64,000 nucleotides of DNA from Podospora anserina (lineage: Eukaryota), in assembly GCA_017654855.1 (NCBI GenBank), contig CM030332.1:4092001-4156000 (forward strand), given 5' to 3'. The stretch's first letter is position 1; the number at the start of each line of letters is the position of its first letter. Shown piece after piece: positions 1-12,907 of the stretch. A program made the translations under genes and the position numbers. The notes beneath the pieces were generated by a model that was given only the letters and a program-made list of their open reading frames with translations, searched no databases and was not told the origin of the DNA.

Positions 1-337
1 CCCACCAGCCAGAGTGATGGACCGTGCGTCACCTAGCCGCCCGTTGCCAGGCACTGCCAAGACAATGGCCGTCCATCCACGTGACTACCATCACTCCAAC
101 CACCAGGCATACTTCACATTCATCACATACGTCATACCTCTCTCATATTCAAGGCTAAAATAGTTTGTTGAATCAGAAAATCATAAAATTCATTGCTTGA
201 CAACTGCGGTATCTAATCTCAGGCTCCGTTCCATACGAAACATTCACGAGCTAACTATCCATCTAAATCAGCAGCCCGCATCAGCCTTTTGTTGTTGCCA
301 ATGTCCCTTCCCATTAATCCATGCTCCAGTTTTATAT

Positions 338-2292
338 TTATGCTTGGTAAGTAGAAGCAGAGACGTTGCCTCCTCTGCCGGTCCAATTGACGTGGATATC
401 TTGCCCCTCGGGGTACTTGGCCGTGGCAGCCTCGGGCTTGATTCTGAAGGTGTGGGCACCGAAGTAATCACGCTGAGCCTGGAGGAGGTTGGCGGGCAGG
501 TCTTTGGTTCTGTAGCCATCAAACCACGACAGGGCAGTGGAGAAAGAGGGGATGGGGAGACCAAGGAGCGAGGCCTTGGAGACGACGTCTCTCCAGCCGG
601 GCTGAGCCTTGTGGATGGCCTTGTTGAAGAAGTCGTCAAAGAGGAGGTTCTCAAGGTCGGGGTTGTTGCGATAGGCGGCGGTGATGTCCTTGAGGAAGAC
701 GGAGCGGATAATACAGCCACCACGCCACATGAGGGCAATGGAGGGCTTGTTGAGCTTCCAGCCGTACTCCTTGGCCGCCTCCTGCATGAGCATGAAGCCT
801 TGTGCGTAGGAGATGATCTTGGAGGCATAGAGGGCCTGCTCGAGGTCCTCGAGGAACTGCTCCTTGTTACCCTCGAAGGTGGTGGCACGGCCAACAAACT
901 CGAGCTTGGTGGAAGCCTTGACACGCTCCTCCTTGATGCCAGACAGGCAGCGAGCGAGCACAGACTCGGCAATGAGAGTGACGGGCATGCCCAAGTCCAG
1001 GGCGTTGACGGCAGTCCACTTGCCGGTACCCTTCTGGCCGGCCTTGTCGAGGATCTTCTCGACGAGAGGCTTGCCATCCTCATCGTTGAAGTACATGATG
1101 TCCTTGGTGATCTCGATCAGGAAAGAGTCGAGGACACCGTTGTTCCACTTGGTGAAGGTGTCACCAATCTCCTTGCTGGACATGCCGAGACCGCGCTTCA
1201 TGATATCGTACGCCTTTGTTCTGACTGTTAGCCCCCTGATTCATAGCTGACCTGCCTTTGGATTTGGCCTTGGCATTGCAGAACAACATACCTCACAGAT
1301 CAACTGCATGTCACCGTACTCGATACCGTTGTGCACCATCTTGACGTAGTGACCAGCACCCTCGTCACCAACCCACTCACAGCAAGCCTCACCACCGCTC
1401 TTGGCAGCAATGCTCTGGAAGATGTCCTTGATGAAGGGCCAGGCTGACTCATCACCACCGGGCATGATGGAGGGGCCGTAGCGGGCACCCTCCTCACCAC
1501 CGGAGACACCGGCACCGACGAAGCGGAGACCCTTGGAGGCAAGGTACTTTGTTCTCCGGTTGGAGTCGGGGAAATGTGAGTTACCGCCATCGATGATGAT
1601 GTCACCAGCCTCGAGAAGGGGAAGGAGGGTCTCGATCCAGTCATCGACAGCCTTGCCGGCCTGGACGAGAAGCATGATGCGGCGGGGGCTCTTGAGCTTC
1701 TTAACGAACTCCTCGGTAGAGTGAGCGCCGACAATGCTCTTGCCCTTGGCCTCGTTGGCAAGGAAGCGGTCGACCTTGGAAACGGTACGGTTGAAAGCGC
1801 AAACGGTGAAGCCATGGTCGGCCATGTTCAGAATCAAGTTCTGGCCCCTTTTTTCACGCACAGTCAGCACATCTGCCCCCGGGGGCTGCTCTGGGGAACC
1901 GCCGGAGCTGGGTAGTAGACTTACATGACGGCCAGGCCGATGAGGCCGAGATCAGCACTTCCACCATCATCACTGTTAGCATTTCTTTGGGATTGGAGGT
2001 TAAGGAGGGAGCCAGCAGCGTTCACAACGCCGCCGACGTTGATATTCGCCAGGCGGGCGCTGAGGAGGGGGACTCAGTAGGTGTAGATAGGCAAAGCACT
2101 CCGTCACCGGCAAAGCTGTTGTAGTAGAAAACGACAGGCGTGTTGCACCGGCATTGGCTGGAGTGAGGCCATACCTCCTCTCTCTCTCGCACGCCGATGA
2201 CTCGAGCACAGCGCAAATACGCCCCGACTTCCTGCTTTCTGGGTGACGGAGCGGGGAGGTGGGGTAAAGAGAACTTACACAGCGCCAGACAT
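338..2292 (-). CDS. gnd1: 6-phosphogluconate dehydrogenase (decarboxylating), 4 exons
   Basis: Motifs [80 protein letters not shown]. Inferred exons 2292-2279, 1957-1925, 1847-1292, 1213-338 with GT donors and branch sites. Confidence 0.97.
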
Positions 2293-5200
2293 TGTGAAGG
2301 AAATCTGCAACAGGGGGACGGTCAAGGTGCAAAAGGTGAAGTTGTAGAGGTGCTGTCCGGAGCAGAATTGATGGAAGGGAGTAATCCTCAGCCAGGGGGA
2401 TTTGTTATGGAGAAAGTCAGAGAGGGAGGGGAGAAATGGCGGACTGAATGACGAAACTTTTAAGAGGACCCGAGCTTTCGAGGTCGGAGGGGGAGGGTCA
2501 TTGTTCAAGTGCGTGCAGCGGACAGCGGACAGCGGGACAGCGGGCAGCTTGGCCTGACGGGAGACTCCCAAACAGCGGATAATTTGACGCGGGGCTTACT
2601 CAGGCAGTTACCTCGACCATGACCATGACCGCCTCACGACCCAACTGAAATGAAATGCCCGTAACGTGCCACCTCCTCCCGTCACTACCTCTTCTTCTGA
2701 GCCCTTGGACACTGGGAAGCTTCCAGGTTGCCCCCAATGACCGGGATGTGCGCCCTTGCCTGGCCCCAGAAGGAGGGGACAACCCAGGAGGTGCCTTTGT
2801 ATTTTTATCAGATCCTCCCAGTCGTCTGATGAAGCTATCGGTTTCGCCGCCCCGGAGCTTGGAGCTTGGGGGACCGTGGGGACTTGGCTTCTGTTCCACG
2901 ATCCGCCATCGCGTGGGAATCAACTGGGCGGCTGGACCGAGTGACAAATCCCACCGTCGCTCGGGGCATCTCGACTGTGTAGCTTCTCATTGAGAGCAAG
3001 GTCCCGGGTTTTTGTTGGGAATCCTCGAGCCAAAGCAGACCCTACATACATCCTTTTCTTAGCCCGACACGTACTGCTTCGGATTCATCAGCTTGTTGGT
3101 TTCGAAACACCAGTGCCCCCCAAGGTGCCGCTTGGGGGAAGCACGGCACAGACAACCGCAGACATCGACCCGCCGCGCGCATTTGGACGAACTTGAAGGT
3201 TCCGGCGCCGGATCCCACCAATGCCCACATTGACAGCAACCTCCGTCAGTCAGCCATGACCCACGGGAGCTTACCGCCCAGCTGCCGGACATATACGTTC
3301 CTGTCTATCAGCCTGGTTCGACATGCTGCTCTCTGTAATTCAGATGATGGGAAAAACCTGGGATTGGACGGTCATCCACAATGTCAACTGTTCTTCCGCG
3401 GATACATCGGAGCTAATCATCTTCAAGACGAACCAGTTCAAGGAGATGTTACATCCACCGAGAACCACAGACCTTATAACAGCAAGCTTCTCACCGACAC
3501 TAGCCTAACAAATAAAAAGTGACACTGACAAGTCCGGTTCTTGAAGTGTTCGGTTGGCGCCCCCACGGTTTCGAGATCTGAGGCGAGTGGACTCCCCACC
3601 CAACGATGGACTGCTGTCCGCAATGTTCTTACACAACAGCTTTCACCAAATTCCCGCAAAGCACTGGGGGCAACATTACTTCAAGAACCAGGGGACCGCT
3701 TTTTTCGACTTCAGGCTCTTCTTGCCATGAGCCAATGGGAATTATTTCCCTCGAGTGAGAAAAAAAACTGAACTCCGATCACTGTCCGTTCAAAGGTCCG
3801 GTGTTCGCAAGGGTAGAAGCAAAGGAAAAGTACAGCCCTTTCGCGTCTTTTGCTCCTCGCGCGCCGGTTTGTTAAGCCAAGCTGTCGCAAAAAAAACAAG
3901 GAGGGGTAGAAAAGACCCCTCCACTGCCATGACCCCTTGGTTGGGTGGGGTTGTGATCGTGGGCCCCTTGTTGGTTAAACAGACTGTGGATGATGATTAA
4001 GCTCCAACGTCCGACGTCGTCTATGCTGTTTGGCCCAGAAGATCAATGATATCAGAACGGGCCTCACAACTCAAATATTATCCACAGTACAGATGAAGAA
4101 TGGCAATTGCTACGAACTGACACAGAATAGCTCTTAGCCAACCCTTTGAGGCAATGGCCTTCACCTTGCCGCCTTAACTCCACAGTGTGACGGCAGTCTT
4201 CAACTCAGTCAACCCTTGGCGATTGCCATCCAACATATCTCCGGATATTCTAAAGACATGACTGAAATATATGAGTACTAAAGGTTCCCAAAAAATCGAA
4301 TCATGGTGGTGATAAATAGCACCAAGACTCCTTGGATGTTCTGAGACTTTGCAAACCATACGTACCGGAAATGCCTTCCCCCACGGAGATATCAAAACCG
4401 CCGTGATGGAACCCTCTCTCTGTTGATATCTCCACTGTATGCCAATCCCAAGAATATCTACATAGCGCACGGCCATAAAACGAACTGTACTTGTCCGCGG
4501 AAAGAGAACAAGAGCTTATCATTTTGCCTCGCCTACTACTCACTCTGTGAACCAAATGTGACACTTTGAGTTACCAAGCCAACTTCAAAGCCCTACCTCA
4601 AACGGGAGTTGGCAGGTTTAGATATCGTCAATATTTATATTCAATCTCTGAAAAGAGTATATGTAAACTGGTTATCATTCTTGATTTGACTTATAGCAGC
4701 AGCCATCTTCCCCAGGATGTGATAAAATTTAAGCTCTGGTGGACTAGGGAAAGCTATCAACGCTCACCCGCGACCCCAAATCAAATCTCTGACGAAACTG
4801 GACCAGACAGCAGCGTTTACTTAAGATCTGATGACCCTGGGGAAAACAGCAGCGCTCGCTCACGATACTTCAAAAGAGCCCTCGCGAATTTGGGAACAAC
4901 AGCTTCGTTCACCAACGATATCTCAAATTAAAGCTTGGACGAATCTTCTTAAAAGTGGGGATGAACACCTTCCAAATATAGTTGTATCATCACAACGAAA
5001 AGTCTTCATGATCACACCAAGACATCCAAGCCATTGTCATATGTTACTGTACATTATTATTGTATCAAACAAGAGCTCGCCACGAGCCCTCGATGCCAAC
5101 CCATCAAGCCACCTCCATCGTCTACCAATTCAGTGAAACCCCTATGCCCTGAAACAACGCCCATAACCGTTCCAATTACGCCCATGCTGTAAACTATCCT

Positions 5201-5412
5201 CCCGTCCCAGTCTCGTAAACCACCCGGGGCTTCAACCAGAACTTTTGATGCCTCTTGAGAAGAGAAGAGAAAACAAAGTATGTACAATAGTTTAAAAATG
5301 CCGCTGCCCATCCCCTCTCAACTGGGGGCTGCTCGTCATGAAAAGTCTTGTAATTATATTGCACCATGAAAAAGCCATGAGAAGACCACCCCCACCCCCA
5401 TCACCAACCGCC

Positions 5413-6948
5413 TCAATAATCCTCAACCTCACCGATAGAAGACATCTTGAGGTCAATCTCCGACTTGACACTCCTGATCGAAGCCTCAATACGCTTCCGA
5501 ATAATCGCACCGACCGACTTGGCAAGGTTCTCCTCATATTGCTTGAGCTGTTTCTTGAGATTAGCAATCTCCGCCCGCACACTGGCCTTGTCGTCATGGT
5601 CGTCTTCATCTCCATCGTCATCATCATCATCCCCATCCTCTTCTGACTCCTCTTCATCTTCTGACTCTTCCTCCTCCACAACTTCCTCCTCCTCAATCTG
5701 GGCAACAGGAGTACCAGTATTCGCGGTAAGTGGCGTAACAGCATCAGGAGCAACAGCCGGCGTAGGCTGATCAAGACCCTCCATCGGCGTCTCTGGCGCA
5801 TTCATGAAAGCATCCATCAGCGCAGCCTCGTCAAGCTCCTCCTCGACCTTATCGAGTTGCTCATCATCCTCTTCACCCTCAGCATCCTCCTCATAATCTT
5901 CAGACTCCGACTCCTCGACAATTCTACTGTCTAGAACCTCCGTCCTGGTGCTGACAGCCTCCCGATCAGCCGCCAATAACCTTTCCACCTCGGCCTCCTT
6001 GTTCTGGATCTCGAGCTTCGACAATCGCTTGCGGAAACGACGATTTCTGGCATCGTGCATTGGGGGCGTTATACCGTGTGGCCAGCGATGACCGTGCTCA
6101 ACAGCCTTTGGCAGCGGCGCAGTCTTGGCCTCCTCCTCGTTCTTGACTTCAGCAAAGACCAACATCATCTGACAAATATCCGCGGACTTGACCATGGCCT
6201 TTTTATCCCACGTCTTCATACCCTCAGTGATGGTAGGGAGATCGAGGAGAATTGCCGCATAGTACTTCCCGCGAACAATCCACACAGCACGTCGACCTTC
6301 GTCGTCCAGAAACTTAAAGTTGACCTCGGCACCATTGCCGATTTTCTTTTCTGTGATGCACTGTCGTATATAATCGCAGTCTTCGTTGTCCATAAAGCGC
6401 ATGACAAATTGTTCCTCGATAACCGGATCAATCTCGCGATCTTCCGCCTCCGAGTCGTAGCCTTCGCCGAGAGGCCGGTGAGGAATCTTGCCTACTGGCT
6501 TCAATTTGAGCGTTGGTTTAGTCGAGATGGTGCCGCCGGGAGTTGTTGGTTTGAGCGTAATCTTCGTCTTCTTGGCTAGTGGTCCGGATCCATTGGCTAA
6601 TGGTATGTCCTCATCGTCATCACTCTGATGAGCCCTCTTCTTGAGTGTGGGCTTTGGTCTTCTCCCAGCCTTGGTAGTTGTGACTTTTGGGGCGGGCGGA
6701 GCGACGGCGACCTCTGCTGTCGAACTCGCTGCTGGGAAATAGCCAGAGGGAGGATTCGGCTCGGCGGGGGTGGGTGGAAGCGATTTTCGCACCAATTTGA
6801 TCTTTGGCGCGCCTGATGGCGTTTGAGCACCGGGAGACATTGCGCTGGATCCGGCGAGACCAGGTGGAGGACTTGTCGCGCCAAGGGCTGAGCTTGTGGT
6901 TTTCAGGGTGAGTCGCCCGGGAACGGGTGGGGGAGGTGGTTGTTCCAT
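5413..6948 (-). CDS. TAF7: TFIID subunit 7 (TAFII55 N-terminal domain)
   Basis: Single 511-aa ORF with DPVIEEQFVMR, LLDLPTITEGMKTWDKKAMVKSADICQM and WPHGITPPMHDARNRRFRKR, then an acidic tract and C-terminal coiled coil. Confidence 0.93.
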   Translation of the reverse strand: MEQPPPPPVPGRLTLKTTSSALGATSPPPGLAGSSAMSPGAQTPSGAPKIKLVRKSLPPTPAEPNPPSGYFPAASSTAEVAVAPPAPKVTTTKAGRRPKPTLKKRAHQSDDDEDIPLANGSGPLAKKTKITLKPTTPGGTISTKPTLKLKPVGKIPHRPLGEGYDSEAEDREIDPVIEEQFVMRFMDNEDCDYIRQCITEKKIGNGAEVNFKFLDDEGRRAVWIVRGKYYAAILLDLPTITEGMKTWDKKAMVKSADICQMMLVFAEVKNEEEAKTAPLPKAVEHGHRWPHGITPPMHDARNRRFRKRLSKLEIQNKEAEVERLLAADREAVSTRTEVLDSRIVEESESEDYEEDAEGEEDDEQLDKVEEELDEAALMDAFMNAPETPMEGLDQPTPAVAPDAVTPLTANTGTPVAQIEEEEVVEEEESEDEEESEEDGDDDDDDGDEDDHDDKASVRAEIANLKKQLKQYEENLAKSVGAIIRKRIEASIRSVKSEIDLKMSSIGEVEDY

Positions 6949-7659
6949 AATGGCGATTGGGATGGGTTTTTCGTATCGCAGTTAGGACTTGTCTCGCGCG
7001 AGCGATTCGATTCTGGAGGTATGCGGTTTAGAGGAAAAGTCGCGACTCGGGGTAAGATGTTGTAGGATGAGTTCCTGGCTCGGTGTCGCGGCGGGCGGGA
7101 GTTTGAAGGAGTTCTTGAGCTGAGGATTGGAAGCGCAGTCAAAGAAACCGTAATCGCCGTGTCGCCATGAACGTGGGAAAAGGTGATGGAACGGGGAGAA
7201 GAAAATTCAACCTGCCCCGCGTCGAATTGCTGCTGTTTGGCAGGCGGGAGGTGGCCAGCAAGGTGCCTTTGGGAAGCTCCAAAGTGGATGTTGAGATTCT
7301 AGAGCTCGGGCCACTGGCATTCACTTTGCCGCTCGATAAGCCTTATCAGAGGATGGCCCACAATTCCCTGTATTCCCAATGGCTGCACCAGCCACCTACA
7401 GTGACATCAGCCACAACTAACGTTGACTTCGAAGTGGGCCGATGGTCTTGGAAGCAACAGCGTTTTTGGCACGTCACGTCTCTCTTCCTCCACCCAATTT
7501 CACCAAGACACCATCACATCTCTTTTGTGAGCCAGACATACTCGGTTGAAAAACAGTTGCGGGAGAATAGCCGTCGGCTCACAGGTACGTACCATACATA
7601 CGCAACGGTCTTGCTCTCAATTCCGTTGTCGGCGCAACACTTGGAACAAGAAATTCATC

Positions 7660-8772
7660 ATGTCGTACTCGGGTCCTCCAGGTCTCCCAAAGTCGGCGTC
7701 GCACCCTTCGCTGCCCCCGCGCCCTCCGACTACCAAGCTCCCCGGTGGCTTCAAGCCTGCCTTCTCGGCCGCCCCGACACATCCGCCGGCTCCCTCAGTC
7801 CCCGGTTACTCGGCGCCGCCCTCATACCCAGGCTACGGCGCCGCTGCCGCACCCGGCTATGGCGCGCCCCCTTCAGCAGCGCCCTACGTGGGCAACCCAT
7901 CAACTCCCTCCGTAGGAGCTGGATATGGTCAACCAGGAACATACAACTATCAACAACAAAGCTACCCGCAAGCGCCAGTCGCACAAGCAGCCCCGAGCTA
8001 CTATGGCGCTCCCGCTACCACCAGCTATGCCACACCTCCCCAAATTCGGAACCCCTTCGCCGCCCCTGTAGCAGCCTCTGCCGGTCCCGCGGGTGACTAT
8101 GATCCAGAAATGGCGGCTCAGATAGCGCAATGGCAAAGCGCCTACATGCCAAAAGATCCATCAGACCCGGCAAACAAGACTGCTGCCAAGGGCACAAATG
8201 GACAAGCAACAGCCGATACAACCGACCCCAACGTTGGTTGGGACGGGACCGACAAAAAGAAAACGGTATACCGAGAAGGCGGCGGCAAAAAATGGCAAGA
8301 CGACACTCTTCTCGAATGGGACCCTACCCATCTACGTCTTTTTGTCGGTAATCTGGCTGGTGAAACTACAGATGACTCTTTACTGAAAGCGTTTTCCCGG
8401 TGGAAGAGCGTACAAAAAGCCAAGGTTGTCCGTGATAAGCGAACGACGAAGAGCAAGGGTTTTGGCTTTGTGAGTTTTAGCGACGCAGACGACTTCTTCC
8501 AGGCAGCCAAGGAGATGAACGGCAAGTATATCCAGAGTCATCCTGTGGTTGTGCGCAAAGCGAAGACAGAGATCAAGCCGCAGGCTGTCAAGGATGATAG
8601 GAAGGGGAAGCATCAGCATAAGAGGGGTCACGGGGGAAATAAGGCTGGGAATGGGATGGGAGGACAGGAGAAGGGCGCTGGGGCTTACGAGCCGCATCTT
8701 GGTCCTGTGGCTGGGGGTGGGATTGTGAAGCCGGGGCAGAAGACGAAGGGAGGTTTAAAGTTGCTTGGTTGA
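7660..8772 (+). CDS. RRM RNA-binding protein, RBM42-like
   Basis: Pro/Tyr-rich N-terminus, then GGGKKWQDDTLLEWDP-RLFVGNL (RNP2) and KSKGFGFVSF (RNP1). Start placed at the ATG of MSYSGPP. Confidence 0.88.
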   Translation: MSYSGPPGLPKSASHPSLPPRPPTTKLPGGFKPAFSAAPTHPPAPSVPGYSAPPSYPGYGAAAAPGYGAPPSAAPYVGNPSTPSVGAGYGQPGTYNYQQQSYPQAPVAQAAPSYYGAPATTSYATPPQIRNPFAAPVAASAGPAGDYDPEMAAQIAQWQSAYMPKDPSDPANKTAAKGTNGQATADTTDPNVGWDGTDKKKTVYREGGGKKWQDDTLLEWDPTHLRLFVGNLAGETTDDSLLKAFSRWKSVQKAKVVRDKRTTKSKGFGFVSFSDADDFFQAAKEMNGKYIQSHPVVVRKAKTEIKPQAVKDDRKGKHQHKRGHGGNKAGNGMGGQEKGAGAYEPHLGPVAGGGIVKPGQKTKGGLKLLG

Positions 8773-9410
8773 GTGGAAGTATTGGCATTGTTTTCAGCAT
8801 TGTTTGAGCCTATCATTTGGTCGTTCAGAAGTGTGCTTGGATATTGGATGCTACAAGTGTATTGCTATGAGATTGCAATTAGCCGCTGTGTATAGATTCT
8901 CATTTGGTAGATAGATGTGGGCTTCCATGGGTGCCTAGATTGGTTTCGCTATCATAACAAGTAAAAATTCACTAATGTATCATCTTGACCAAGAATTTAT
9001 GTTTTGTATTCTGCCATTTTACGCCTCCTATGCTGCTATGCTATGTATGATGTGTATTGTCTGGTAATGATGATAATGTACGCCTTGCCCGCCTGTCTGT
9101 CTGTCCGTATACAGACAGAAAGACGGATTTGAATGCCCAAAGAAAGTCTTCCAAGATAGCGCCGCCGTCTCCCGAACCCCCCTTCCCCACTACTCCGTAT
9201 GTGTTCGCCTGTACTTTTCCATGCTGTTTTGTTTTCTGTGCTCGACTCCAACTCTTTCCCGCTTCCGTCCCGTTTGGTAGGTATAGATGTTGACGAAGTA
9301 AGTTTAACTTTAAACGTTGTCTGGTTTCCTTCTTGTTGTTCCGGGGGTATCATAGATATACAAATAACTGAAAAGAAATATAAGAAAATCAAATACAGTG
9401 TTACAGCGGT

Positions 9411-11396
9411 TTAATCCTCCCTCCTATCCTGCAAATGCTTATCCGGGGATTTCGACACGGGTCTACTAACGACCTCTGCGCCGTCCGCGGTAAACAACAC
9501 CCCGTCGTCGTGATCGTCAAGACTTTCCCTCCGCAACAAACCCGCGGCTTCACCCCTGCGAGGGAGATCATCATCATCATCCTCCTCCTCGTCGCTGCCG
9601 CTCGAGGGACCATCAGTGGTGTGCTCTTCCAACGGATGCTCCTGCCCTTTATGCACACCTTCCTGCGCTTCCCGTCTCATCTTGGAGATTTTAATGTAAT
9701 TGTACGCTCCTATCGCGACGAGGGTTACAGTCAGGCCGATGATGTTGACAAATGTCATGCGATCGCCAAAAACAATCGCAGCCGCCGAGATGGTGACTGC
9801 CTCTTTGAATATCCCCGCGATGGACAAGGTGACGACGCTGGTGCGTTGAAGGAGGGCGAACTCGGCGGCTGTCATGAAAAAGGCGATCATGCCGGGGAAT
9901 AGGAGGATCAATGGCGCCATGAGGGTGCCGCGTTCTTCTGCTATGGCGGAGAGGCCTTTGATGAGGCCGGAGACGCCCTCGACGGGGAAGGCGATGGTCA
10001 ACAGGGAGACGAACATTACTGGAGCGAGGAAGAAGATGGAGCTGAAGGGGTTGGAGGTGGCGGGGTTGCGGAGGAGGAGGATTTGGGTTAGGGCCCAACG
10101 GAAGCCGCTGAAGAAGGCGGCCGAGATGACGAGGAGGAAGCCGGGGAGGTTGAAGGAGACTTCGCCCGCTACCATCATTACTACGCCGAGGGTCATGGTG
10201 GCGATGATGGCTGTTAGGCGCCAGGTGGGGGATTCGAGGCGGAAGAGGAAGGCGAAGAGGAGGACGAAGGCTAGGGAGGAGGATTTACACATTGCTAAAG
10301 ACACGGTGAGTTGGGTGACTGGGGGAGTTGGAGAGAAAGGCAGGGGGCTTACTGTAGAAGGTGAGGGTGATGAATTGCAACGAGGTGTTCCCTAATCCTA
10401 TGTCGAGACCTGTTGCTAGACCGCAGGGGCCGATGCGGGTGAGGTAGAATAACGGTGACATTAGGGGTTTCTTGGATTCTGGCGAGTCCAGCTCGCCTGG
10501 ATTTGGAACATGGCCGTTGGTGGGCCGGAAGGATGGGAAGAGATATAGGACGAGGGAGGCTAGGGAAAATTGCACGAGCATGTGCATGGCTGTTGTAAAC
10601 ATAGGAAATGGGAAGCCGAGCTTGTCGGGAGAGAACATCCATTTGTTGTACTATAAGATAGGTCAGTATCTCATGGCAGAGAGAGGCCAAGGGTTTTTTT
10701 GGGGGGGGGATGACTTACAAGTGATATCAACAGGGAAAAAAAGTACCATAACCCAATGAGCCCAGCGTTGATCAACAACTCCTTCATCACAAAGCGGTCC
10801 GCCTCTTTTTGTTCGTCTGGCGACACCTTCTCTCGTACTATTCTCTGGTCGAGTAATTGGTTGCGAGTTCTCTTTTTCTTTTTTCTCGTCCGCTCCTTTG
10901 CCGTCAAACCAGTCTCCTCGTCGTCATGAAGGTCCTCGTCTGACAATTCCACGTCCAACTCGTCCATCCGTAGAGGTTCTCCCAGACTGCCCTCCTCTGA
11001 TATTTTTGGCTCGTCGATGCCATGGCCCCGCGCGTGTGGCGACCGGTGACGATTGTTAGCGACATTGGCGGGATTGATCAAGCTGCTTCGTCGGCGACGG
11101 TGCCCTGAGGGTGCTAGAGAATCCATCTCGATGTCGTCACCAGCCAATTTGGATCCCGTTGCGGGATGTGGGTGCGTGGAGGATGTCCAAGGGCCAGGGA
11201 CTGATACAACAGCTGCTAGCGGTGGTGTAGCGGATAGCGGTGTCGCGTGCCCGGGAGGTGTTGGCTTCTGCTGATCGAGATGTCTCGGGACAGAGACGTC
11301 GGTGTCGATGTCGGCGTCAGAGGGCGGTTCAGGGACGGGGAGATGGGACGGAGGATGGGCAGGTTCAATTGATGGGAATAGGGAAGGGAGAGACAT
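9411..11396 (-). CDS. Triose-phosphate/nucleotide-sugar transporter family protein (SLC35C2/Ymd8-like), 3 exons
   Basis: LWYFFSLLISL|YNKWMFS, FPFPMFTT, PCGLATGLDIGLGNTSL, MCKSSSLAFVLLFAFLFRLE, SGFRWALTQILL, TSVVTLSIAGIFKE; multiple TM helices. Start uncertain. Confidence 0.9.
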
Positions 11397-12907
11397 TGTT
11401 CAAACGTCGGAGCCCTCACTGGACTCATCATGGGGTTCAATTCGATCAATTCCAGCGCATTGGTGTTCGCTAAACTCTGGGCCCGGTGGTCCCTAGCATC
11501 ATCAGCCATGGCAGCAAAGATGAGCGGTGGAGCGGTTGGGGCCCCGAGACGTGGCCGGATTGGTCCCAGCGATGGTCCAGCAGCAGCAGGAAACAGGGGG
11601 ACCGCCGGCTTTGGGCGAGGTCGCCAGTGGTTGGCTGCCTTTGCCAAGCCTACTTGGAACGCGCCGGAGCATTTTGCCTGCCCGCTACCTGGCATTTAAC
11701 TGTCTTCCACCGTTAACCCATCCGTGATCGCCTGCTATCTTTGCTTTCCATTTGATGTTTGATGATGTCTCTCTCTGTCTTCCAATAACGTTATCTGGTC
11801 TGTTTCGTCATTCCTGGTTTGTTCATTTTTGTCCGCCAGGAGAATTACAAGAGTGGAACGGACCGAAACCAAAACGTGGTGACCGGAACACATAGCCGAA
11901 GATGTACAACAACCCCAGAGACAGAGAGTAACACCTACTCACAACGACGACTGAACCCTGAACTACCTCTACGGCAAATATCATCACTCCCTCAACCATC
12001 TCGGTTGACTAACAAGATCCTGAGAACAGGCCGTAGGGTGATGGGATGTTGACAAGAGCCAAGCTTCCAGTCCACCTACTGCTTGGATCACGTATGTAAT
12101 GGTTACTAATAGCCTCGTGCAGCTTACCATCACGGCCAGGCGACCCCTTTATCCTGCACCGTTCGTTGCTGTGTTGCCGTGGAGCATTTCACATGTACTA
12201 CTTCGTCTGAACTCTGGAATCTGTACGGCTTTCCATCTCTGGATGGTGGTCACGAGACAAAGCCGGCATGATGCTTAGCCCGGAAATAACCCCACCATCC
12301 ACATGCATTTACAGATGATTGTACAAGAGCCTGTCTTCTCAACCTTGGGCAGCTGATGGTGACGAGAGATGTATCAGAATATCTTCACGGACCCCTTCGC
12401 TTCTGTTCTGCCCATATCATCGAAGCCCCAACCTCCAAAAGCCCACCCATGGAAGCTTCTCTCAGCTTGAGCAATCTGACGGAACTAGGCAGGTGAGAGT
12501 ACTTTACCTATGCGCTTCGGGGTCTTTATTCGGCCTCACAGCAAGCTCAAAACTATCGCCATTGGAGGGAGGCAATGGGTGCTGACTCAGTATGCCACCC
12601 GAAACACCCGCATCTGCTGCAAAACGGCCAACACGATAAAGAGGAATGAGGGTTTCCAGAGCTGTAAGCCTTATTCATGATCATGTAACGAATCTAAAAA
12701 CCTATATATATTTGAGGTGGTGTTGAAGGTCGCAATATTTTGGGTGTCAGAATTAGATCTTGATTTGATCGTGGGGCAGCTTTCCATCCTGATCTAGAAA
12801 CTGATCGACCAAAGCGTTTGTTGGCGTCATTGTTTGTTTCCCCTCCAAGAGCTAGCTACATATCTGATCAAAGGTACCTTAGCTTTGTGGTTTCTTATTC
12901 ATCACGC

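Noticed and set aside
197-1231. 344-aa + strand ORF antisense to gnd1
   Set aside because: Shadow ORF expected from strong codon bias of the real gene; no independent motifs.
2600-5300. Short ORFs and an 8-bp hairpin (~3116-3138) between gnd1 and TAF7
   Set aside because: No recognisable domain or consistent splice pattern; one GC-rich hairpin is expected by chance.
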